Part shown: piece by piece, positions 53,501 to 64,000 of the stretch
Layout: each line of letters opens with the position of its first letter
How positions within the stretch are numbered: the first letter of the stretch is position 1
Assembly: GCF_000143415.4 (NCBI RefSeq)
Contig: NW_003314266.1
Location: forward strand, 2,300,827-2,364,826
From: Selaginella moellendorffii
Taxonomy: Eukaryota; Plantae; Lycopodiophyta
Direction of reading: 5' to 3'
DNA: 64,000 nt
Notes under the pieces: model-generated
Told to the model about the DNA's origin: nothing
The model's database searches: none
The model's input: the letters and a program-made list of their open reading frames with translations, nothing else
Program-made: the position numbers and the translations under genes

Positions 53501-56500
53501 GAGCTTCTTGACAAAGGTCATATCTAACTAAACAAGTCACCTTATGGAGCGCTGGTCCTTTTTGTTATGAAAAAAGATGGAACTATGAGGATGTGTATTG
53601 ACTATCCGGCAATCAACAAGATCATGGTCAAAAACAGTTATCCTTTGCCTCGCATTGATGACTTGTTTGACCAACTCTTAAAGGCTAAGTATTTTACGCA
53701 ACTTGATTTGCGGTCCAGGTATCATCAGATACGGGTGGCAGATCAGGATGTGGAGAAGACAGCCTATAAGACTCGGTACAGATCTTATGAGTTCCATGTC
53801 ATGCCATTCGGGTTATACAATGCTCCAGCAACATTCAGCACTATGATGGATAGAATATTTGAAGATTATTTAGATGCATTTGTTGTCTTGTATATCGACG
53901 ATGTTCTAGTCTTTAGTGAAATGTTGGAGGATCATTTGAAACACTTGGAGCTAGTGTTTCAAAAGTTGCGCGAACACAAACTGTATGCTAAGGAAAGTAA
54001 ATGCGCTTTTGGTCAATTGTGCGTAAACTTTCTTAGACATATAGTTAGTGGTGGCGTGATTGAAGTTGATCCAAAGAAGGTGGAAGTGGTGAAGTCTTGG
54101 GAAGTCCTGACCACTGTATCAAATGTTCATTCCTTTCTCAGTTTGGCGGGATAATATCGTAAGTTTGTCCGCAATTTTGCAAGAATTGCTCTTCCGTTGA
54201 CTGAGTTGACGAAAAGTAGTATTCCGTTTCATTGGACACTAGCTTGTCAGTGTGCTTTTGTATGGTTGAAGGAGATCTTGACTACAGTTCTTGTTCTTAG
54301 GATCCTAGATCTTGATAAACCCTTCGAAGTGAATTGTGATACATCTGGCTATGCTATTGGTGCCGTGTTGCAGCAAGATTATGACAAAGTGGTTGGTGTT
54401 ACGCTAAGGCGACATGATTGTCCCATTGCGTTTTATTCCAAGAAATTGGATGGAACTCAACGAAGATGGCCAACGCATGAGAAAGAGATGTTTGCTATAG
54501 TGTCAGCCCTGGAACACTGGAGACACTACTTGGGTACACCAAGGTTTATACAGATAGTAACACACTAAGCTACTTTTCTACACGGCCTAAGTTTATGCCG
54601 AAGCAGGCTCATTAGCAAGAGAATCTTGCTAGATATGATATTGAAATCATATATAAACCTGGTAAAGATAATACTGTTCCAGATGCGTTGAGACGTCAGA
54701 CTCAATTTTGGGCAATATCGGCAATCAGTTCGGACTGGTTAGAGGACGTTCGGGCTTCATATGGAAGTGACCCATTAGCGAAGGCAATCTTATGCCATGC
54801 AGGGTTGTTGAAGCAGAGCCCTGGTAGCGAGGCAGTGAAAGTTGCTAGTCACACTAATGCGAAGCTTCACTTCTCAGTTTGGAATGGGCTTATATTCTAT
54901 AAGCAAGAAAGATTGTATCTTCCCACTAAAAATCTGCAGTAGTTGTTTCTGCGGGAACATCATGATGTTCCAGCAGCAGGACATGGTGGAAAGTGAAAGA
55001 CTCTGTCTTTATTGAAAAAAGGATTTTTCTAGTCTGGTATGGAAGGTGATGTAGCGGATTATGTCCGTTCCTACCCTATATGCCAGCAATGTAAGCGCAG
55101 AATTGAGAAGCAGGCTGGAAAGTTGCAGTGCATTCCAATACCGGCATGGCCATTTAGAGTGTGACACTTGATTTCATCACTTGCTTGCCGAAGTCTAAGG
55201 GTTATGATACTTTGATGGTGGTTGTGGATCGGTTATTGAAGATTGCACATTTCATTCCAACTATGGGAACAGTAAATGCGAAACAAGCAACAAAGCTCTT
55301 TTTCCATGAAGTAGTGCGGGTTCGTGGTCTTCCCGAAGAGATGATCTCGAATAGAGATTCGAGGTTTATGGGGAAGTTTTGGGGCACATTGTTTCAGTTG
55401 TTTGGTACCATGTTGAAGTTTAGTACAACTTATCATCCTCAAACCAATGGGCAGACTGAACGCATGAATGCTCAAGTTGAGGATTATCTGTGGTACTATG
55501 TTGTGGCAGACCAACGCAACTGGGTTGAGCATTTGGATACAGCAGAAATTTGTTATAACAACACATTTCACAGCACTATTGGCTATTCTCCATGGGAGAT
55601 GCTGCAAGGAAATGCTCACAGAGTGCCTCAACAGATTTTTGTACTGAAACCAATGTCCAAAGTGTTGGTCCCGGCCGTTGAGACTTATGCAGAGCAACTA
55701 TGCCAAGGTTGGCCTAGAGCTACTGAGGCGATGGGCAAAGCTCAAGATAGGTATCGATGTGATAAGGATCAGCATCGTCGGAATATATCCTATCAAGTGG
55801 GAGATCAGGTGTGGTTATCTTCCCGGAACTTGAATACTAAGGGATCTTTATCTCAGAAGCTATTACCGAGATATGTTGGACCCTATCAGGTGTTAAAACA
55901 AATTGGTGATGTATCCTATTGGTTGGATCTTCTTGTGGAAATGTCCAATATTCATACTGTATTTCATGCTAATCTATTGGCTCCTTACACTATGGATGTT
56001 GAGTGCCATGGGGAAATTCGACCACCGCCAGAAGTTGTGGATGGTGAACCTGAATACAAAGTTGAAAACATTCTGTCATGTCACCGGAAACGTGATGGTC
56101 GTGCAAAGGAATATCTAATTAAGTGGAAAAGTTACCCGACTTGTGAATCAACTTGGGAACCTCTTAGTAATCTTACCCATGCTCGTGAGCTTGTCACGGA
56201 GTATGAGAATAGTAATAAAGCCTAGTTTTTGTAATATATTTCTATAAATTAAAATGTTGTTTCTCTCATTCGTTAGTACTTGGGTTAGTTTTGGCAGATT
56301 GACTTCGGCACTTCGGTGCATGGGTCCAATCCATAACCATGGGGATAACTATTATAGATTGATCACAAGTCCCTGCCTCTCTTTCGATGACTTACTTTTG
56401 AAAAGGGGTGTGGTTGTGTAAACAATTTAATCTACTAGTTTATAATAGTTGTCTAAATCTTCCTGACGGGGTTGATTTCTTGCTCAGGGGAAGTTGGGCC

Positions 56501-57471
56501 TCTAGCCTTCTCCCTATGTCCCTGCGGGCAGAGATGTATCATTCCTTTGTAAGCTGAGTGGTATTTGGAGCAGCAAGGGGGGTTAACTCTGTTAGTCATT
56601 TCCTTGTCGGTGACTACTACCATGATGGCAGGAGGTCAGTACTGCTGGTTCCCTTCAATAGCCCCTCTTGTCCAAGTGTTAGTTTACTAGGCTTAGCATC
56701 TGTACTTAGCCAGATGGACATAAGGTAGGAACTCTTATGTGTTTCTAGCTAAGCATTCTCGGCCTGGCTCTTAGTTCTCTTTTGTTCTGTCTTGCACTGG
56801 CTTAGCAAGAACCCTCACGTGTTGAGACTAGTCCCTCAATATTGCTAGATGATAGCTTACCGTGTCTGCCAAACACCCTCACTATCACGCCCTTTGTGTT
56901 GGTCTCATTTCGGTCCCAAATGTTATTTATGGAAAATGTCTAGATTAGCTCATTTGGCATATCTATGGAATGTAGAGATCGGCCTGAACACAATGGTATT
57001 CATCCCGTGTCCAAATTCGCAATCTAAGGATATTCCATATTTAATAAGTTTCGAGTTTGTCCCAGAGACTAACTCCTGGTACTAAGTGAGGCTTTGGGTG
57101 AAAGCCCAAAGCATGTGTCCCTCAAGGGGGGGGGGGGGGGGGGATGTGGGGGGTTCCAAATGTATAGTAGGGATAGTGGTTGGAATGCATATCCGACCAC
57201 CTGAGACATTAGTTTGGCTCCCGCTAGACTGTGTCGCTCCTTGTTCTGCGTCTGGCTTGGGTCTAAGCCCAAGCTTCATGCTGTTCTAATCGATGGAGTA
57301 CCTTCCTCCTCGTGTTAGGCCACCGGTATGCCAAAATTGTGCCAGACTTTGTCTGACACCATTTTGCGTGCAAGTGCTGGATACGGGGAGTTGGTGCTCG
57401 TGGGATTGTATTGGACCCTCATTTGTAGCGCAATGGGCTTGGAGTTCGGCTCCAAATTCAGGTGCACTACA
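50567..57471 (+). mobile_element. Ty3/gypsy chromovirus LTR retrotransposon, inactivated by stops; 5' LTR truncated by the gap
   Basis: 5' LTR ends at 51324 (..CTACA), PBS TGGTATCAGAG at 51327. Gag with CFHCGESGHRSLEC, RT (RMCIDY, YIDDVL), RNase H, integrase (YHPQTNGQTER), GPY motif, chromodomain (EYLIKWKSYP..STWEP). PPT at ~56400-56414, 3' LTR at ~56415-57471. Confidence 0.94.
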
Positions 57472-58439
57472 GATATTCAAACTTACGACTTACCTTGATC
57501 TAAAAACAAAGCTAAACCAAGCGATGCCCACGGTGGCACCTTCTACTTCTTCTCTTTCAAGAGAACCCAGACATTAGTGTTGTGTCAGATTTCCAAAACT
57601 TCAGGAGCAGTGTTGGCTGGCACAGCCACTCAACAACCCTATGTCAACTCGAAACACCTGGTTCCTACAAACAGAGTTGATCCCAAGCATGTGCTGAAAC
57701 AAAAATCCCTCACCAGGCCCAGCAGCAAGGGATTCCTCGAGAGAATCCGGGGATGAAGCGGGAGTGTCCTTGATAATTGCTTTCCTATAGGCTAAAGAGC
57801 TTGTGAGGCAGTGGCAAACAGGGATCAAAGCTTTGCTGAGTTGGAGATGAGCCAATTTGCCTCTCACAATCCTGAGTTGATCCCGAGAGGAGCCTGGATT
57901 GTGTGCCCGACTACCATTCTACTCACCCCTGTTACTTACCACGCACAAGCTTTCACAAGAATGCCCACACAACCATGTCTGAGCAAAGCAGCCATGGAGC
58001 CCTAGGAGTGCATGGCATAACACTTGTCACCATGCCCTCTTCCCTTCCCGGCCACGCGTGCATCCCGCCCATTGGCTGCCACAATATTGAGCCGATATTC
58101 CAACTAACCATGGCCACCGGCCCTGGCCCGAGCCTGGGCTGGCCTCCCCTTCCCAAGAACCATGGCTTACAAGAGGCTGCCCCAGGCCCGGGATCAGACA
58201 GCTGCAGGGTCTGGGCTCTTTGTTCTTATTATTATAGATTGTGACTCATGCAAGAACATCTGCTCCAAGACCTAGCCTAATGAAGTGGTTAACAGGCCAA
58301 GGCAGCCAATTACCTAGTGAACCCTCAAGGTTTGAATCAATTTTATGTTCATACCATTGGTACTCTTTTTCTGGACTTCACTTTATAAAATCTTTTTTTA
58401 AAATTATTTTTCCTATGTTATGTTATGTTACAAAATACT

Positions 58440-58760
58440 AAAACTGTACTTAAATACACCCATAGTCTCGTGGACCACAATGAGTTCCTCCATCTCCTGG
58501 CATGGCAACAGGCATGAGGCAAATGAGATCCCATCTGGGCTCCCAATCATGCCAAAAGATCTGGAAAGCATCACTGAACTCTATGCTATAGGCAAATGCT
58601 GGCCAACAAGAGCAAAGATCCTGCTCTGGGATTCAATCAAAGACGAGCTTTGCTTGGTCCAAATGCCTATGTTGGGCAAGCACTGTGATGAGGCTTGTCC
58701 AGAAGATGAGATCACGTTCTGGCATAGCAAAAAAAGCGCAAAGGAATTCCTCTATATCAA
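58440..58760 (-). pseudogene. Decayed PPR fragment
   Basis: Minus strand reads FAMPERDLIFWTSLITVLAQHRHLDQAKLVFD*IPEQD. Confidence 0.6.
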
Positions 58761-60463
58761 GTTCCACATCACTATAAATTTACTCACAACATTTTCAATT
58801 TGCCTGTATAGTGCAAGAAGAGAGTTTTATAACACTATTCTTATGTTTACAGATCTAAGACTAAGGAAACAACCATTCCTAGAAGAGCCTCCAGGGGAAA
58901 AATAAATAAATCAAAGACTAAATAGTGCCACCCTCACAGAATCTAAGTAAAATATTGAGCTTTAGCAAAGAAGAAAACAAAAACAACATAAAAAACAAAA
59001 AATCCTTCACACAAGCAAAGGCAAAAGAGTCCACAAGCAGGGGTTCAGTCTTAGAATTTATTTCCATGACATTGAAAATGCTCCAAAACGGAGCCACCAG
59101 CACCAAAAGGCATTGAATAAACAAGTTCCAAATCCCAGCTCTTCCCAACAAACTGATTAGGCAGCTATAGTAGCTTGGATGGAAAATCTGTTAAGGGTGG
59201 CAAGCCTTCAATGCCATGTGATCTCTCTCGCTCACATCTTGCTTGCTAACACTACAAAGGAGAGAAGGTGAAATGTGGAACTTTTGATCGTTTAATTAGA
59301 TCTAGATATGCATACAAAAAGTCTCTGAAATCTTTCTTTCTAGGCCAAGTCTCAGATCTGTGTGGAAAAAGTCAGTTCAGTCATTGTTCATAGAGAGCCA
59401 TTTCCACTCAAATAAATAGATTAACTAATGCCATTGCAGGCTACTCATAGTAGTATATATGGCATATCCAATTGTGAACTTTTGTACCCTGATCTTTTGA
59501 AGGGAGTCCAAATGCAAACTATATGTCCTTGGGAATATGATGTTAAAAGTTACTTAATGTAATGTGATGAGCATGGCATAGTGGCATGTGCATTTTCCCT
59601 CTTCAATTTTAAATTTTAAGACATTATGTTTATGCTAGTAATTTGCCCAGTTAATGTTGGTAGTTACCAAACCCTCTCAAACTTGCCAACAACCTAGTCC
59701 ATGACTTCATAATACAAGTCCATGACATCACAGTTCACAATTGTCACTGATATTGTATCTTGTTGATAACTGCCTGAAGTAAAACAATTTAGATTTTGTA
59801 TAATCCAAACAAATTTCTCCAGTGTGGAACACATGAAAACACTTCACTCTTAAGTCACGACTTTTCTGATAGAGGATACTTCCAAGTTACAACTTGAGAC
59901 CACATCTTGTGCAAAGATGTAAATCCCACCTTTCTGCAGGGAAAGGAGAAACAACTTCTTAACCAGCTCTTGAACATATGTTCAAAGACAACCTTTATGT
60001 GCATGAATAAAATAAGGAAAACATATGTGTTTTTAGTTGTCAAACTCAAGAGGGCTGAGAGTTGAAATTTTTTCCCAATCCTCCTGATTAGAATAAATAT
60101 CTGAAGTGTTGGTAAGGCATGACATCTACAATGGTCTTTTCTCTTTGTGAGGATTGGGCATAGGGAACATTTGATGCCCTGGAGCTGTGATGCTTGGCAT
60201 GATGCCAAGCTGTGGTCTAAGATGATCTGCCCAAAAGAGAAGTGAAAGAGGGCAAAATAAATTTATGGTGTTCTCACAATGCAATTCCTAATTAGCCATT
60301 GACACTTTGATTATTTTGGATCAGAATTCTGATCTTTGGCTCTTTAGGTGGGCGGGTTGGGTGGATATAATTATTGGAAAACTTTTGTGGATGGCCAATG
60401 GGAGGCTAGCACATCTTGGCTGAGTGAGAGATAAGACAAGACTTTGACACATGTCTTGTGTTT

Positions 60464-60497
<34 letters not shown>

Positions 60498-60924
60498 AAT
60501 TGTTCATCTCTCATCAACTAGAATTTCAGATGTTATATAACACAGATCTAATTCCACATTTCCTAGAGTTCTTGCTAAGGTAAATTGCTCTAGAGAGACT
60601 GCATTGCATATGTTGTACTATATTAATCTATGAATAGAATATTCCTCATCCATAAATTTATTTTGTGTTATGTAAGAACCTAAGCTGTAGATATGTACTC
60701 TAAATGTTAATGAGTGGTGTTCACACTTATGGGTAAAACTTGACTTGTACTGAGAATCAAATCTACATCATTGAAAAATTATCATTTCTGATATTACATA
60801 ACATTAAAGATTTATACATTCAATTCATAATTCAATTCATAAGAAGCACGCCATACTTCATAGAATATAACAAACCAGATCCTCTTAATTTACGTATATG
60901 AATCCATGTCAGAGGAACATAAGC

Positions 60925-61195
60925 TTACATGATTCCATAGCTAGACATTGGGTTGAAGCCCACAGGCACAACAGCAGCACTGAAGATCTGAACCTCCTTG
61001 AGTTCACCATGAAAGTAGCGTTTGTTGTCACGGGGGTCATAACCAATGAAGACAGGTAGGCTGGAATTGAGGTTGACTATCTTGGAGCCGTTCTGTGACT
61101 TATCAAGTTTAGAATCAACGTAGATAGATCCAACAGTGCCATTTCGGACTGCAGCAACATGGTGCCAAGTTCCATCAGTGACTGGCACTGTTCCC
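60925..61195 (-). CDS. Terminal exon or fragment encoding a LamG-like (concanavalin A lectin/glucanase) domain
   Basis: VTDGTWHHVAAVRNG..SIYVD..PVFIG..YFHGELKEVQIF is the typical C-terminal half of a Laminin_G_3 domain. An AG acceptor sits at ~61197; no upstream exon was identified. Confidence 0.7.
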
Positions 61196-62988
61196 TTAAT
61201 ACAATATAATGATACTCACACATGCTGATAGTTAGATTGGATACTTTAGATCTACACACCATAGCAAAATACTATTATTGACATTATCACTAACAATCAG
61301 ACTTCACATGCTGAGAACCCTTCTTAAAATCTATGTGCATGCATGCATTAGACATCATAACATATGAAAATAACATTATAACTATATGTTAGTATTTATA
61401 TTCATTTTATACGTTATTGATATTTTTTTAATTGTTTTTCTTAAAATTTTAATTTATGTTTCACTATAATTTTTTACAAGTAGCATAAAGAGAGAGATAA
61501 AGAACTCCAAATCTAAAAGATGAGAGGTTTCTTTTAAATTTTTTAGATCATCCACCATTTTAATTCTCTCAAAGGCTTGTTTTTAAAAGCCTTTTTATAT
61601 CAGTGTTTTGATCTTTGTCTTTGCTCTATTTCATTGCAAGCTATAATTCACAAAGATACCAGTGCATGGTCAGAATTGTTTTTTCTAATGTGTAATAATA
61701 AGATTTTCAAAATCCCAAATCTAAAAAGATTCAAGTTTCTAAATTTCAAGTCAAAGATCAAGATGTGTCAAGTGGAAAAGTCATGCTAATGCTGGCCTTA
61801 AATTTTGCTGCTTCATCTTCATCAATATTCAATGCTATTAGCAATACTTTTTAATTTTTCCACCTCTTAATTGACATCTATTTATTTTTGTATAGGGGAA
61901 AAACTCTTAATTGGCATGTGTTTATTTATATATAGGCCTATGAGTGAGCTTCCATCCTCTTAATAAAACATCTTTTTTGAGCTTTTACCTTTTATCAACA
62001 ACTATGGTTTTAAATAAAAGGGAATGGAAATCAAATAAGATGTCTATAATTGATGCAAGATTAAGGCTATATATTTCTAGCATTTCAAAGGTATAGTGCC
62101 TATAATTCACTATGATAAACATTTAGATTACATGGATGAAGCATATAATGAAAATTGCTATAGAAATTCCATAATTTTTAAGGGTTTATAATCAATCCTT
62201 ATACCCTTGACACCATTGTTATTGGATTTAAGTGTTGATTCTGCAAGGATGCTCATGTGTCATGCCATATGTGAAGTTAAAATGTATTACTTTCTTCCTT
62301 AAGATAGAGTAGTTAAAAGAGGTATAGTGCGTATTAACACACATATACATCCAATGTAGGAAAAGATACAAAGGAGTTCTATCAACTATTTCGAAGATGT
62401 TATGTAATAAAAGACTATGAGAAATTTATTTACATATCTAAAGTATGTTTAGAAAACTTTGCTTAAGAATTCTATCACAAGCACCCTACTCAATCTGGCA
62501 TGCTAAAAGACTCAAGTGGATGAGGTTAACTTATAGAACTTACTACGAAGTGTACAATCTGCTATTAGCATAAGGAAGTATATATATGTTACAATAATAT
62601 ATTTTTCTTACATTATATTTTTCAAAATAAAATCTTAGATGTGTTAGTTTTAAGAGTGGAAGTTGCAATTAAAATTAACATCATTGTTGAACTGAAATAG
62701 ATTTATCTATATAAGTTCATCCATAAAAGTTTATTTCTCAATTAAGTGGTCAATAAGCACAAGCACCCTTTTGTCTTCAAAATACTTACAATAGGCCTTG
62801 CCTTTAGTTTAGACCTTATTTTTTGAATGGATATGTTTGGATCTAGTGACTGCGTAAATACATGGGTACATTTTAACTATAGAAGCAAGGTAAAATAAGC
62901 CAGCTCAAATGCTTAAGTGTGAAATTCTTTCTATGAAGTATATCATTGCACATGCAAAGGAGTATATTGTCAAAGTAGAGTATACAAC

Positions 62989-64000
62989 TGTCGCGAATGT
63001 GACTTCAGGTATCGAAAGTTACCTGTCGGCTAGTCCTTTCGGATACTCTTACCTTACTGCCACGATGGCAGGAGGTCAGCATTGCTGGGCCCGTTATCAG
63101 TCTCCGCCTAAGCTAGTTGAGAAACTGGTCTTCGCGTGTGCACTTGACCAGATGGGCATAAGGACGGAATTCCTACGTGCTATTTGTCAAGCATACTTGA
63201 CCTGGTTAGAGAAACTCATTTGTTGACTTGCACTTGCTAGTGTTGGGAACCCCCGCGATATTGAGATTGGTCCCTCAATATCGCTAGATGATAGCTTACC
63301 GTGTCTGCCAAACACCCTCGCTATCATGCCCTTTGTGTTAGTCTCATTTCGGTTCCAAATGCTATTTATGGAAAGTGTCAGGATTTGCTCAATTGGCATA
63401 TCTACGGAATGTAGAGATCGGTCTGAACACAATGGTGTTCGTCCCATGTCCAAATTCGCAATTTAAGGACATTCCATATTTAGTAAGTTTCGAGCTTGTC
63501 CCAGAGACTAACTCCTGATACTAAGGGAGGCTTGGGGTGAAAGCCCAAAGCGTGTGTTCCTCAAGGGGGGGGGGGGGGGGGGGCTGTGGGGGGTTCCAAA
63601 TGTATAGTAGGGATAGTGGGTAGGTCGGGCATGGCCGACCAACCTGAGGCATAGTCTAGCTCCCGCTTGCGTGCCTGTCCTTGTTCTGCGTCCGGCTTGG
63701 GTCTAAGCCCAAGTTCCATTCCATGCTAGCTGGTGGAGTACCCATATTCTCACGTTAGGCCACCGGTATGCCGAAATAGCGCCAGACTCTGTTTGGCTCC
63801 GTTTTGCGTGCTGGTCCTGGCATTGGGATGCTGGTTGCTCTAGGACTGTTCCAAGTCGCTCCGGGCCCCTGTTCCTTCGCTCCTTGGGCTATATGCTCGG
63901 GAGTTGCTCCGTGGTCCGGTTCCATCACTCCTTGGCATCACGCTTGGGAGTTTGGCACCGTTCCTTCGTTTAGTGGCCCAAGGCCCTGAACCTCGGGTTC
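62989..64000 (+). mobile_element. Further LTR of the same gypsy family (may continue beyond the window)
   Basis: Extensive similarity of 63060-63790 to 50567-51200 and 56620-57360, including the poly-G tract. Confidence 0.88.

Overview
Compact land-plant nuclear DNA. The ~55-nt introns, many PLS-type PPR genes and an ARP/AS1-type MYB suggest a lycophyte such as Selaginella (inference). Intact-looking genes: GH17 beta-1,3-glucanase (partial), two PPR proteins, an ARP (AS1/RS2/PHAN) R2R3-MYB, an unknown protein with a fungal-like motif, an LRR receptor-like kinase with a degenerate (pseudo)kinase domain, complex I subunit NDUFA13/GRIM-19, a TMEM135-like protein, pullulanase/limit dextrinase, a type I inositol 5-phosphatase and an alpha-N-terminal methyltransferase. 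Pseudogenes or fragments: ARF, several PPR remnants and a LamG-like exon. Mobile elements: a deleted copia with TA..TA LTR termini, a young 825-bp TRIM, a decayed gypsy, a Helitron, a chromodomain gypsy and a further LTR. The standout feature is the ~1.2-kb region upstream of the ARP MYB gene. On the same strand it carries 17 non-overlapping micro-ORFs of differing sequence (mostly 3-9 residues, starts mostly ~40 nt apart). Most begin ATG-GCN and 16 of 17 end in Arg(CGY) followed by TAA/TAG. This is a candidate undescribed uORF-array translational control system.
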